Source: Candidatus Eiseniibacteriota bacterium (GTDB lineage: Bacteria; Eisenbacteria; RBG-16-71-46). Taken from it: DNA of 64,000 nucleotides. Numbering within the stretch: the stretch's first letter is position 1; every line of letters begins with the position of its first letter. The stretch covers positions 74,812 through 138,811 of the forward strand of contig JBBRLX010000007.1 in the NCBI GenBank assembly GCA_038231135.1, read 5' to 3'. Both the position numbers and the translations under genes were made by a program. Below the pieces are notes generated by a model. It saw nothing but the letters and a program-made list of their open reading frames with translations, ran no database searches and was not told where the DNA came from. Shown here in pieces: positions 48,986 to 59,845 of this stretch.

Positions 48986-49413
48986 CCGCCGCGCGCGTGT
49001 CGTGCGCGCACCCGCTCATAGAGGCCACCCGCGCCGGGCGTGGTCGCCGCCGGCGCGTCCGCCGCGATGTCCAGGTCGGGCGCGAGCGAGCGCAGGATCG
49101 TGGCGGGGGTGCGATCGTGGAACACCACCACCAGATCCACCGCGCGCAGCGCAGCGATCACGCGCGCCCGCATGACCTCGTCCATCACGGGCCGGCCCGG
49201 ACCCGCGAGCGCCGCGGCGGCCGCGTCGCCCATCACGGCGGCGACGAGCCGGGTGCCCCGGGCGCGGGCCGCCGCCAGCGCGCGCGCGTGGTCCACACCG
49301 GGCAGGTCGAACATGCCGTGCGCAAACACCACCACATCGCCGGCCGTCCGCCAGCGGCGGACGCGCTCCACCGCGTCCGGCAGCGACACGAGCTTGTCGG
49401 CGGCCCGCCGCAT
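48982..49413 (-). CDS. Degenerate HldE/RfaE adenylyltransferase-like domain protein
   Basis: VVFAHGMFDL, GPGRPVM, RARVIAALRAVDLVVVF..TP..I...L.PD; HxGH motif is GVDH. Confidence 0.8.
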   Translation of the reverse strand: MRRAADKLVSLPDAVERVRRWRTAGDVVVFAHGMFDLPGVDHARALAAARARGTRLVAAVMGDAAAAALAGPGRPVMDEVMRARVIAALRAVDLVVVFHDRTPATILRSLAPDLDIAADAPAATTPGAGGLYERVRARHARGG

Positions 49414-49453
49414 CACCCGCGGCTCCGCGGCACGTCGCGGCGTGGCGCGCGCA

Positions 49454-50635
49454 CTACGCGCGGGCCCCGGTGCGCCGGGCGAGCTCGCGCGCCCACGCGT
49501 CCACCCGGCGGAGCTGCTCCAGCGATTCCACCGGTTCGACCGTGTGGGCGTCGAGCACGCCGCGCACGATGTCCGGCACCTGGCCCAGCGCGATCGCACC
49601 GTCGAGGAACGCGGCCACCGCCACTTCGTCGGCGGCGTTCGCCACGCACGGCGCCGTGCCGCCGGCACGGCCGGCGTCGACCGCGACGTCGAACGCCGGA
49701 TAGCGGCCCGGCGCAATCGGCGTGAACTCGAGCCCCGCGAGCGCCGTGGCATCGAGCGCCGGGCCGGGATCGTCCCAGCGCTCGGGCCACGAACACGCGA
49801 GCCGGATCGGAATCGCCATGTCGGGCCGCGCGGCGGCGAGCACGGTCGAACCGTCGATGAACATGACGAGCGCGTGCACGCGCGCCTCGGGATGGAGCAC
49901 GGCGTCGAGCCGCTCCCACGGCACGCCGAACAGCACGTGCGCCTCGATCAGCTCGAGTCCCTTGTTGAACAGCAGCGCGGAATCGACGGTGATGCGCGGA
50001 CCCATGCTCCACACCGGGTGCCGCAGCACCTCGTCGCGCGTGGCCTGCCGCCAGTCGGGATGCCGGCGCAGCGCGCCGCCCGAAGCGGTGAGCGTCATGC
50101 GCGCCACCTCGGCCGCCGGCCGGCCGCCCAGGCACTGCATGGCCGCGCCGTGCTCGCTGTCGACCGGCAGCAGCTCGCCGCCGCCGCGCAGCAGCGCCGC
50201 CCGCACCAGCGGGCCGCCGACCACCAGCGTCTCCTTGTTTGCGAGCGCCAGCCGGGCGCCGCGCTCGAGCGTCGCGAGCGACGCCTCGAGCCCCGCGGCG
50301 CCGACGATGCCATTCACCACGATCCCTGTGTCCGGGAGGCCGGCGAGCCACGCCGCGGACCCGGGCCCGACCCGCACCGCGGCGCCCGGCGCCGCGGCCG
50401 CGAGCCGGGCGCGCGCCACCGCGGCATCGGCGGCGCGTTCGAGCGCCAGCGCCCGCGGCGCGTGCTCGCGCGCCAGCGCGCACAGGCCATCCAGGTCCTG
50501 GCCCGCGGCCAGCGCCGCGACGGCGAGCCGCCCGTTGGACGACCGCGCCACGTCCAGCGCCTGGCGGCCGATCGAGCCGGTGGCCCCGAGCACCGCGAGC
50601 CGGCGCGGGCCACCCGCGCCCGAGTCCGTGCTCAT
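49454..50635 (-). CDS. dxr: 1-deoxy-D-xylulose-5-phosphate reductoisomerase
   Basis: LGATGSIG, LANKETLV, PVDSEH, LTASGG, HPVWSMG, NKGLELIEAH. Confidence 0.96.
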   Translation of the reverse strand: MSTDSGAGGPRRLAVLGATGSIGRQALDVARSSNGRLAVAALAAGQDLDGLCALAREHAPRALALERAADAAVARARLAAAAPGAAVRVGPGSAAWLAGLPDTGIVVNGIVGAAGLEASLATLERGARLALANKETLVVGGPLVRAALLRGGGELLPVDSEHGAAMQCLGGRPAAEVARMTLTASGGALRRHPDWRQATRDEVLRHPVWSMGPRITVDSALLFNKGLELIEAHVLFGVPWERLDAVLHPEARVHALVMFIDGSTVLAAARPDMAIPIRLACSWPERWDDPGPALDATALAGLEFTPIAPGRYPAFDVAVDAGRAGGTAPCVANAADEVAVAAFLDGAIALGQVPDIVRGVLDAHTVEPVESLEQLRRVDAWARELARRTGARA

Positions 50636-51510
50636 GGCGCCTGGAAGATCACGTACTTCAGGTAGTAGAACACGATCGGCGCGCCGAAGTAGAGACTATC
50701 GAACCGGTCGAGCACGCCGCCATGGCCGGGAATCAGGTCGGAACTGTCGCTGTGGCTGGCGTCCCGCTTGAGCAGCGACTCCACGAGATCGCCGACCTGC
50801 GCGAACACGCCGACCAGCACGCCGAGCGCCGCGGCGTCCCACAGGTGCAGGAACGGCGCGAACCAGTACTTCGCCACGAACGCGGCGAGCAGCGCGCACG
50901 TGAAGCCGCCGACCGAGCCCTCGACTGTCTTGCGCGGCGAGATCGCCCGCCACAGCGGCGTCCTGCCGAACAGCCGGCCGAACGCGTAGGCGCCGGTGTC
51001 GCAGCTCCAGGTGAGGAAGAACGCCAGCAGCACGAACGCGGCGCCCAGGCTGTAGTCGGTGCCGGCCCGCCACGGCAACTCGCGCAGGAACACCAGGTGC
51101 GCCGACAGCCAGCCCACGTACAGCACGCCGAATCCGGTGGCGGCGATGCTCTCGGCGCTGCGGAACTGGGGCTGGCTGAGCGCGAACCCGAGCAGGCACA
51201 GCACGCCGCAGGTGACGAGCAGGTCGCGGGGCACCAGGTCGGGGCGGTAGGCGCTCACCAGCAGCAGCAGCGCCGACACGGTACCCACCGTGCGCTGCGG
51301 GCTCAGCCCCTTCGCGCGCGCCATGCGGTAGAACTCGGTGATGCCGAGGAGTGTCTGCAGCATCACGAACGCGAGGAACGCCACGCCGCCCGCGCGGGCG
51401 AGCAGCACCAGCAGCGGCACGAACAGGATTCCGCTCGCGAACCGCAGCCTTAGCGACCACCGCTTCGCGCCGGGCGCGGCCGGCGCCTCCGCCGCCGTGG
51501 CGGGGCTCAC
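50632..51510 (-). CDS. cdsA: Phosphatidate cytidylyltransferase
   Basis: W.CDTGAY..G, ISPRKTVEG, GDLVESLLKR, IPGHGGVLDRFDS. Confidence 0.96.
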   Translation of the reverse strand: MSPATAAEAPAAPGAKRWSLRLRFASGILFVPLLVLLARAGGVAFLAFVMLQTLLGITEFYRMARAKGLSPQRTVGTVSALLLLVSAYRPDLVPRDLLVTCGVLCLLGFALSQPQFRSAESIAATGFGVLYVGWLSAHLVFLRELPWRAGTDYSLGAAFVLLAFFLTWSCDTGAYAFGRLFGRTPLWRAISPRKTVEGSVGGFTCALLAAFVAKYWFAPFLHLWDAAALGVLVGVFAQVGDLVESLLKRDASHSDSSDLIPGHGGVLDRFDSLYFGAPIVFYYLKYVIFQAP

Positions 51511-52064
51511 ACTTCCATCACCTCGGCGGTCTTCTTCTTCAGCAGCTCGTCGACCTGGCCCACATAGCGGTCGGTGAGCTTCTGCACCTCGAGGGTCAGC
51601 CGCTTCGCGTCGTCCTCGGACAACACGTGCTTGTCCTCCTCGGCCTTGATCTCCTTGTTCACCTCGTGCCGGACCTGCCGCAGGTGGACACGCCCGTCCT
51701 CGGCGAGCCGTGCGATCAGCTTCACCATGTCGCGGCGGCGCTCCTCCGTGAGCGACGGGATCGGCACCCGCACCAGCGTGCCGTCGTCGGTGGGGTTCAC
51801 GCCCAGCTCCGAGGCCTGGATCGCCTTCATGATCGCCTTCACCAGCGACTTGTCCCACGGCTGCACCACGAGCAGCCGCGCCTCGGGTGCACTCACGCTG
51901 CCCACCTGGTTCAACGGCACCATGGTGCCGTAGGCGTCCACGCGCACCGCGTCGAGCAGCGCCGGCGACGCCTTGCCCGACCGGATGCCGCTGAACTCGC
52001 GGCGCGTCGACTCGAGCACCTTTTTCATCCGCTCCTCGGACTTGACGACGTGTTGATCGGTCAT
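51507..52064 (-). CDS. frr: Ribosome recycling factor
   Basis: IRSGKASP.LLD, YG..VPL, QPWD, LTEERRR, QKLTD, KK..EVM. Confidence 0.96.
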   Translation of the reverse strand: MTDQHVVKSEERMKKVLESTRREFSGIRSGKASPALLDAVRVDAYGTMVPLNQVGSVSAPEARLLVVQPWDKSLVKAIMKAIQASELGVNPTDDGTLVRVPIPSLTEERRRDMVKLIARLAEDGRVHLRQVRHEVNKEIKAEEDKHVLSEDDAKRLTLEVQKLTDRYVGQVDELLKKKTAEVMEV

Positions 52065-52069
52065 TCCCG

Positions 52070-52786
<717 letters not shown>

Positions 52787-53389
52787 CTAGTCCTGACCCA
52801 GCCGGAACCGCACGAACCGCCGGACCTGCACGTTCTCGCCGGTCTTCGTGCCGGCCTGGGTGATCAGGTCCTGGATCTTGAGCTTGTCGTCGCGGATGTA
52901 CGGCTGCTCGAGCAGGCACACCTCGGAATAGAACTTGTTGAGCTTGCCCTCGACGATCTTGTCGATCATGTTCGCGGGCTTGCCCTCGTTCGCGAGTTGC
53001 GCCGCGAAGATCGCGCGCTCGCCGGCGATGCGCTCGGCCGGCACCTCCTCGCGCCGCAGGAACTCGGCGCCGGCCGCGGCGGCCTGCATCGCCACGTTGC
53101 GCACCAGCTCGCGGAACTCGTCGGTGCGGGCGACGAAGTCGGTCTCGCAGTTCACCTCGATGAGCACGCCCACGCGATTACCCGGGTGGATGTACGCCTC
53201 GACCAGCCCCTCGCTCGCGGCACGGTCGGCGCGCTTCTCGGCGCGCGCGGCGCCGGCCTTGCGCAGGATGTCGACGGCCTTCGCGACGTCGCCGGCGGAC
53301 TCGCCCAGCGCCTTCTTGCACTCCATCATGCCGGCGCCGGTCTGCTCGCGCAGCTGGCGCACCTGATCGGCGGTGATCACCATCGTCAT
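52787..53389 (-). CDS. tsf: Elongation factor Ts (short 200-aa form)
   Basis: LREQTGAGMMECKKAL, EVNCETDFVAR, IVEGKL..F..E.CLLEQ. Confidence 0.97.
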   Translation of the reverse strand: MTMVITADQVRQLREQTGAGMMECKKALGESAGDVAKAVDILRKAGAARAEKRADRAASEGLVEAYIHPGNRVGVLIEVNCETDFVARTDEFRELVRNVAMQAAAAGAEFLRREEVPAERIAGERAIFAAQLANEGKPANMIDKIVEGKLNKFYSEVCLLEQPYIRDDKLKIQDLITQAGTKTGENVQVRRFVRFRLGQD

Positions 53390-53408
53390 GGCTGCTCCTC
53401 GGTTCGTT

Positions 53409-53444
53409 GCGACGCCCGCCCGGGGTCACGCGGGCGGGCGTCGC
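53409..53444. other. Perfect 14-bp stem hairpin between rpsB and tsf (attenuator or processing site)
   Basis: gcgacgcccgcccg / cgggcgggcgtcgc with 8-nt loop; no U-tract. Confidence 0.65.
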
Positions 53445-53483
53445 GGTGGATCCTGCAAATGGGTGAGTGGCGGGAGACGCCGG

Positions 53484-54254
<771 letters not shown>

Positions 54255-54380
54255 TGCGTTCCTCCTCAGGGGTTTTTCCGCCGCGCCGCCCCGGTCTCGA
54301 GACGCATGACCCACCGAAACCAGGCAACGGATCGGCGGGAACCCCAGCGTACGGGGACGGGCGTGGAGCTGAACTCGATG
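54255..54380 (-). promoter_or_regulatory. Probable rpsB autoregulatory leader
   Basis: About 125-nt GC-rich untranslated region ending GCGGCGGAAAAACCCC before the RBS; assigned mainly by position. Confidence 0.4.
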
Positions 54381-54773
54381 CTACCGCTTGCTGAACTGGA
54401 ACCGCTTGCGGGCGCCAGGCTGTCCGTACTTCTTGCGTTCCTTCATGCGCGAATCGCGAGTGAGCAGGCCCTCGCGGCCCATCACCCCACGTAGCGACTC
54501 GTCCTCCCGCACCAGCGCCCGCGCCAGCGCCTGGCGCAGCGCGCCCGCCTGGCCGGTGGTGCCACCGCCGTGCAGCCGCGCGATCACGTCGTACTTGCCC
54601 ACGAGATTCGCCACCGTGAGCGCGTGGAACGCCGACTGCACCAGCGTCTCGCGCTTGAGGTATTCGAGCGGATCGCGATCGTTCACCGTGTACTTGCCCG
54701 TGCCCGCCACCAGCCGCACGCGCGCGACCGAAGTCTTGCGCCGGCCGGTCACCGGCTTCGCCGTCGTCGTCAT
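54381..54773 (-). CDS. rpsI: 30S ribosomal protein S9
   Basis: GRRKTSVARV, GGG.TGQAGA, LTRDSRMKERKKYG..GARKRFQFSKR. Confidence 0.98.
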   Translation of the reverse strand: MTTTAKPVTGRRKTSVARVRLVAGTGKYTVNDRDPLEYLKRETLVQSAFHALTVANLVGKYDVIARLHGGGTTGQAGALRQALARALVREDESLRGVMGREGLLTRDSRMKERKKYGQPGARKRFQFSKR

Positions 54774-55222
54774 CAAACCCTCCCGCCGCGGCCGTTCGGA
54801 TCCCAGGCCGTGGGGCTCTGCGCTTCGTGCGGATGCTCGGAGCCGGCGTAGACCTTGAGCTTCTTGATCATCGCCCGGCCGAGCTTGGTCTTGGGCAACA
54901 TGCCCTGCACCGCGCGCTGGATGATGCGCTCGGGATGGGCCGCCAGCAGCGTCTGGATGTTCGTCCAGCGCGCGCCGCCCGGATACATGGTGTGGTGGAA
55001 ATACCGCTTCTCTTCAGGCTTGTTGCCCGTGAGCCGGACCTTCTCCGCGTTGACCACGACGACGTGATCGCCGGTGTCGATGTGCGGCGTGTAGGTCGGC
55101 TTGTGCTTGCCCTTGAGCACGGTGGCGATCGCGGTCGCCAGGCGTCCGAGCGTACGCCCTTCGGCATCCACCACGAGCCAGCGTCGCTCGACCTCGGCGG
55201 GCCGTGCCGTGTACGTCTTCAT
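54773..55222 (-). CDS. rplM: 50S ribosomal protein L13
   Basis: [45 protein letters not shown]. Confidence 0.98.
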   Translation of the reverse strand: MKTYTARPAEVERRWLVVDAEGRTLGRLATAIATVLKGKHKPTYTPHIDTGDHVVVVNAEKVRLTGNKPEEKRYFHHTMYPGGARWTNIQTLLAAHPERIIQRAVQGMLPKTKLGRAMIKKLKVYAGSEHPHEAQSPTAWDPNGRGGRV

Positions 55223-55320
55223 TCGTCCTCCGATGGAATCACACGAAACACCCCGCTTCGCCGCGCGGAACCCCTCCGGCCGCGCGAAACGGGGCCTGCC
55301 CCAAGTACGGGAAACGTCGG

Positions 55321-55350
55321 AAGCTAGCATGGCACAAGCAACAAGGTCAA
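55321..55350 (-). promoter_or_regulatory. Sigma70-type promoter of the rplM-rpsI operon
   Basis: TTGACC-18 nt-TAGCTT with extended TG. Confidence 0.65.
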
Positions 55351-58300
55351 GGTTTGCGGGCGGAACGCCCTGAGGTCGGGCCGGCCACGGCGGGTTCCGC
55401 GAGCTGCCGGGCGAAGCCGGTCAATTCCGGGTCTCCAGGCGCCGCCGCCAGCCCTCGCCGGCAGGCGTCCCGCGCAGCCGCGTCGTCGCCGGCCTCCGCC
55501 CGTGCCTGGGCCTCGAACAGGTAGGCCGTGGCACGGCCCGGCAGCAGCCGGGAGGCGTCCCGGAACCTCGCCACCGCGTCCGCCAGCCGGCCCGCGCCGG
55601 CGTCGAGCATCCCGAGCTGCAGCGTTGCGTCGTAGCGCTCCGCGGGGTCGCCGCACGCGATCGCGCGGCCCGCGGCCACCCGGGCACGGTCGGCGGCGCC
55701 CATCGACCGCTCGGTCTCGGCCAGCAGCACCCACGTGCGGCCGTCCGCCGAGTCGATCGCGACCGCCTGGACGAGCGCCTGTTCCGCGCCCGCGAAGTCA
55801 GCGGCCAGCGCCGCCGATCGCGCGACCTGCTGCTGGCGCGCGACCGCGCGCCGGCGCTCGTGCGCGGTCACGGCGCCCTCGAGAACCTCCCCGAGTGCGA
55901 CCTCGCCCGCGGCCCCGGCCTGACGCGCCGCCGCCATCGCTCCGTCGTCGTCGCCGAGCTGGGCGAGCTGCTGGACGCGGTTCGTCCACCAGGACTCGGG
56001 GCTCCAGCGCGCGTACATCGCCGCCGCCGCCACCCAGCCCGCCGACGGCACCCGCGACGGGTCCACCGCGTCCGCGCCGCCGCGGGTGGAGTTCACGAGG
56101 TCCATCGGTGCCCGGTACTCCACGATCGGGCGGTCGTCGCGATTGAGCGGCGCGCCCCGGGCGAGCGGCCGCAGCTCCGGCAGCGGACAGCGGTAGAACG
56201 CCGACAACGCCTCGGGCCCGATCAGCTGCGCGCGTCGGAGCGCCCGCGCCGCGGCCTCCGAGTGCAGCCGGTCGAGGGCGATCGCGCGGTCCGGCGGCGC
56301 CGCCACCAGCACCAAATCGGCGTTCTGCACCAGCAAGGCATCGCCCGTCGGGAACACCTCGAGGAACGACGCCAGCAGGCAGCCCAGCGTCGCCGGCGAC
56401 ACTTCGTAGATCTGGATCCACTGGCAGAACACGCCGCCCGGCGCGAGCCGCGAGCGCACCCGCCGGTAGAAGTCGACCGTGAACAGGTTGTTCACGCCCG
56501 CGAGCCACGGATTCGACGGCTCGGACACGATCAGGTCATACGGCGTCCCGCCGAGCGCCAGGTAGGTGCGGCCATCCTGCAGCACCAGGTTCACGCGGGG
56601 ATCGGAGCGCGGATTCTCGCCCGGCAGATCGAACCAGCGCGACGCCTCGACCACGGCGGGCTCGATCTCGGCGACGTCGATATGTCCCGCGCCGCCGGCG
56701 AGCGCGGCCATCACCGTCGCGCCCGAGCCGAGCCCGATCACCGCGGCGCGCCCGCCGGCGCGCGCCATCGCGGCCGGCACGAGTCCCACCACGACCTGCG
56801 TCACCATGTCGCGGGTGCTGGCGTCCACTTTGCCCCCCACGCGCAGCGCGAAGTCGCGGCCCACCGAATCGGTTTCGACGCTCACCGAGCCGTTGCGGCC
56901 CTCGCGATAGAACACCACATGCCGCGTGCGCGACGCCTCGCGCACCGAACGCCAGCCGCCCGTGACCGTGCGCCCGGCCCTGATCACCGCCGCCTGTTGC
57001 GGGCGGAACATCCCGGCCGACATCAGCGCCGGATCCCAGCGCGGCGCGACCCACGCCAGCAGCAGCGCCAGCGCCGCCGCCGGCAGCGCCCAGCGCGCGG
57101 CCCGCGCGCGGCCCGGTGGCGCCAGCAGCAACACGGCGCCGGCGCCGGCGACCACCGACAGCAGCCCCGCCACGACCAGGGTGCCCTGCACGCCGAGCAC
57201 CGGCACCAGCACGAACCCGGCGGCCACGGTTCCGGCCACGGTGCCTGCGGTGTTCACGGCATACGCCAGTCCGGCGGCGCCCGGACCTTCGCGCTTGAGC
57301 AGCAGCCGCGCCGCGAGCGGGAACGCGGCGCCGAGCAGCACGCACGGCGCGAGCACCACGAGCGCCGTGATCGCGAGTTCGATCCCGTAGAGCGCGCCCC
57401 AGTTACCGCGCGTGCCCTGCGCCGCGCGCAGGAACAGATCGGGCAGCGCCGGCACCAGCTGGAGCGCGAGCAGCGCCGCGGCGCCGACGCCGAACTCGAG
57501 CGCCGCCCAGCGCGCGAGCGGCCCCGGCGCCGCCACGCGCCGCGCAATCGCGGCGCTGCCGGCCGCGAGCCCCGCGAGGTACACGGCCAAAACACCTGCG
57601 AACGAGTACACCGAGCTGCCGAACACCAGACCGAACATCCGCACCCACGCGATCTGCAGCGCGAGCGCGGCGAAGCCGCTGGCCGCGAACAGCGCCGCGA
57701 ACGCGATGCGCGCGCGGCGCGCCAGCACGGGCGGCGCGTCGGGTTCGGGCGCGGCCGCGGCGCCCGCGCCGGATTCGGATGCGACCGGCACGACCAAGGC
57801 GGGCGCGGCGGCGGGCGACGGCGCCGCACGTCCGTGGGCGGGGCCGGCCACGGACGCGCGCCACGCGATCGCGGCCGCGGCGACGTTGAGGCCGGCGGCA
57901 CACCACGTCGTCGCCGCGAGGCCCACCCCCGGCACCAGCACGAATCCCGCAGCGAGCGAGCCCGCCACGGCGCCCGCGGTGTTGAGCGCATAGAGCCGGG
58001 CCAGGTGGACCCCGACCCGCCGCCGCTCGAATTCCGCGACCAGCACCGGCAGCGTCGCGCCCATCAGCACCGCGGGCGGCAGCAGCAGCACGAACAGCAG
58101 CGCGAACCGCGCGCACGCGAACGCGGCGGTGCCGGCGCCGAGCACGGCGCCGAGTCCGGCGATCCACGGCACCGCGCCGCGCAGCAGCGGCATCGACAGC
58201 GCGCCGAACCCGGCGATGCCGAGCTCGATCGCCCCGTACGCCCGTGCCGGCCGGCTCGTGCGACTCCAGCGCACTCCGAGCGTGACCGCGCCGAGCGCCA

Positions 58301-58559
58301 GCCCGGCGAGGAACGCCGTCACCACCGCGGTAACCGCGTCGAGCGAGGTGCCGAGCAGGTAGGACAACTGCTTCGACCACGTGACCTCGTACAGCAGTCC
58401 GGCGGCGCCGGAGGCGAGGAAGCACGCCGCGGCCCACGGCGGCAGCGTCTCGCGTACGACCACGGCGCCGGCCACGGCTGCGGGCGGCCGCGCCGCGCCG
58501 TGGCTTGCGGCATCCGGCCGGGCGCCGCCGCTCGAAGCGCGCGGCGTCACGCGGCGCAC
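55347..58559 (-). CDS. Fused multi-TM/spermidine-synthase-like protein with C-terminal TPRs
   Basis: [12 protein letters not shown] and duplicated TM block (LMGATLP, YA.NT.G), [32 protein letters not shown]. Confidence 0.9.
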   Translation of the reverse strand: MRRVTPRASSGGARPDAASHGAARPPAAVAGAVVVRETLPPWAAACFLASGAAGLLYEVTWSKQLSYLLGTSLDAVTAVVTAFLAGLALGAVTLGVRWSRTSRPARAYGAIELGIAGFGALSMPLLRGAVPWIAGLGAVLGAGTAAFACARFALLFVLLLPPAVLMGATLPVLVAEFERRRVGVHLARLYALNTAGAVAGSLAAGFVLVPGVGLAATTWCAAGLNVAAAAIAWRASVAGPAHGRAAPSPAAAPALVVPVASESGAGAAAAPEPDAPPVLARRARIAFAALFAASGFAALALQIAWVRMFGLVFGSSVYSFAGVLAVYLAGLAAGSAAIARRVAAPGPLARWAALEFGVGAAALLALQLVPALPDLFLRAAQGTRGNWGALYGIELAITALVVLAPCVLLGAAFPLAARLLLKREGPGAAGLAYAVNTAGTVAGTVAAGFVLVPVLGVQGTLVVAGLLSVVAGAGAVLLLAPPGRARAARWALPAAALALLLAWVAPRWDPALMSAGMFRPQQAAVIRAGRTVTGGWRSVREASRTRHVVFYREGRNGSVSVETDSVGRDFALRVGGKVDASTRDMVTQVVVGLVPAAMARAGGRAAVIGLGSGATVMAALAGGAGHIDVAEIEPAVVEASRWFDLPGENPRSDPRVNLVLQDGRTYLALGGTPYDLIVSEPSNPWLAGVNNLFTVDFYRRVRSRLAPGGVFCQWIQIYEVSPATLGCLLASFLEVFPTGDALLVQNADLVLVAAPPDRAIALDRLHSEAAARALRRAQLIGPEALSAFYRCPLPELRPLARGAPLNRDDRPIVEYRAPMDLVNSTRGGADAVDPSRVPSAGWVAAAAMYARWSPESWWTNRVQQLAQLGDDDGAMAAARQAGAAGEVALGEVLEGAVTAHERRRAVARQQQVARSAALAADFAGAEQALVQAVAIDSADGRTWVLLAETERSMGAADRARVAAGRAIACGDPAERYDATLQLGMLDAGAGRLADAVARFRDASRLLPGRATAYLFEAQARAEAGDDAAARDACRRGLAAAPGDPELTGFARQLAEPAVAGPTSGRSARKP

Positions 58560-58663
58560 CGCGGCCGGCTGCGGCGGGGCTTGGGGGTCACGCAGCGCAC
58601 CGCGACGTGTGCCGTCCCGCGCCGCAGGTCACGCGACGTTGGGTGGGCGGCGGCCGGCGCGCA

Positions 58664-59260
58664 TCATACGAACTCGTGCAGCACGCGCCGCAGCCGCTCG
58701 AGCGGCAGTCCGACCACGTTCGAATAGTCCCCTTCGATGCCGCGCACGAACGCAGCCGCCAGTCCCTGGATGCCGTAGGCCCCGGCCTTGTCGAGCGGCT
58801 CGCCGCTCGCGACGTAGGCGTCGATCTCGGCGTCGGTCATGCGCGCGAACCGCACACGCGTCACCTCGGCAGCGGTGCGCTGCTCGTGGCCGTGCACCAC
58901 CGCAAGCCCGGTCCACACCTCGTGGGCGCGGCCGTGCAGCCGCTGCAGCATGTCGCGCGCCTCCGCGGCATCGCGCGGCTTACCGAGCCGGTCGCCGCGC
59001 GCCACCACCACGGTGTCGGCGCCGATCACGACCGCGTCGGGCCGCGCCGCCGCGATGCGCCGCGCCTTGTCGAGCGCCAGCGCGCGCACGCCGTGGCGCG
59101 GCGCCGCCGCGCCCGGCCAGGCGCGATCGGGACCGGGGTCGCGCACGGTGAACTCGGCGCCGACCTGGCGGAGCAGCTGGACGCGTCGCGGCGACGCCGA
59201 CGCCAGCACCAGCGGCGCCGCGCCCATCCAGAATCCGCTGCGCCGCGGCGCGCGCGTCAC
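58664..59260 (-). CDS. maf: Maf family nucleoside triphosphate pyrophosphatase
   Basis: LVLASASPRR, IGADTVV, LGKP, DKAGAYGIQG, NVVGLP. Confidence 0.95.
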   Translation of the reverse strand: MTRAPRRSGFWMGAAPLVLASASPRRVQLLRQVGAEFTVRDPGPDRAWPGAAAPRHGVRALALDKARRIAAARPDAVVIGADTVVVARGDRLGKPRDAAEARDMLQRLHGRAHEVWTGLAVVHGHEQRTAAEVTRVRFARMTDAEIDAYVASGEPLDKAGAYGIQGLAAAFVRGIEGDYSNVVGLPLERLRRVLHEFV

Positions 59261-59362
59261 CGCGGGCTCCGTCGCGGCTGCGGGACCCGCCGGCAGCGCG
59301 GGATCCGCGGGAACTGCGCGGTCGGGCGCCGCGCGCTCCCGCGGCGCCGCGGGGCGGCCCGG

Positions 59363-59845
59363 TCAGGACGCATCGGCGGCCGGCTCCCCGCCCGCATCGC
59401 CCAGGCGCGGACTCTCGAGCATGAGCGTGACCGGCCCGTCGTTCACCAGCTCGATCTGCATGTGCTCCCGGAAGCGTCCGAGTGCCACCGGCACGCCCTC
59501 GCCGGCGAGCGTGGCGCAGAACCGCCGGTACAGCGGCTCCGCGTGCTCGGGCCGGGCGGCGGCGGTGAACTCGGGCCGGCGGCCGCGCCGGGCGTCGCCG
59601 TAGAGCGTGAACTGCGGGATCGCGAGCACGCCACCCGCCACGTCGCGCACGTCACGGTTCATGTGCCCGGTGGCGTCCGCGAACACCCGCAGCCCCGCGA
59701 CCTTCCGCGCCAGCCAGTCGGCATCGGCCTCCCGGTCGAACACCGCGGCGCCCACGAGCACCGCGAGCCCGGCGCCGATCGCGCCCGACTCCTCGCCCGC
59801 CACCGTGCAGCGCGCGCGGGTGACGCGCTGGATCAGGGCCCTCAC
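59363..59845 (-). CDS. dtd: D-aminoacyl-tRNA deacylase
   Basis: RALIQRV, LRVF.D, QFTLY, GRRP.F, NDGPVT; follows relA/spoT. Confidence 0.96.
   Translation of the reverse strand: MRALIQRVTRARCTVAGEESGAIGAGLAVLVGAAVFDREADADWLARKVAGLRVFADATGHMNRDVRDVAGGVLAIPQFTLYGDARRGRRPEFTAAARPEHAEPLYRRFCATLAGEGVPVALGRFREHMQIELVNDGPVTLMLESPRLGDAGGEPAADAS

Noticed and set aside
52787..53389. Short EF-Ts as a truncation or pseudogene
   Set aside because: The roughly 200-aa form is a known natural variant (e.g. Thermus, cyanobacteria) and all motifs are intact
55347..58559. Fused membrane/spermidine synthase/TPR protein as a novel system
   Set aside because: Common, widely annotated architecture with no unusual neighbours here
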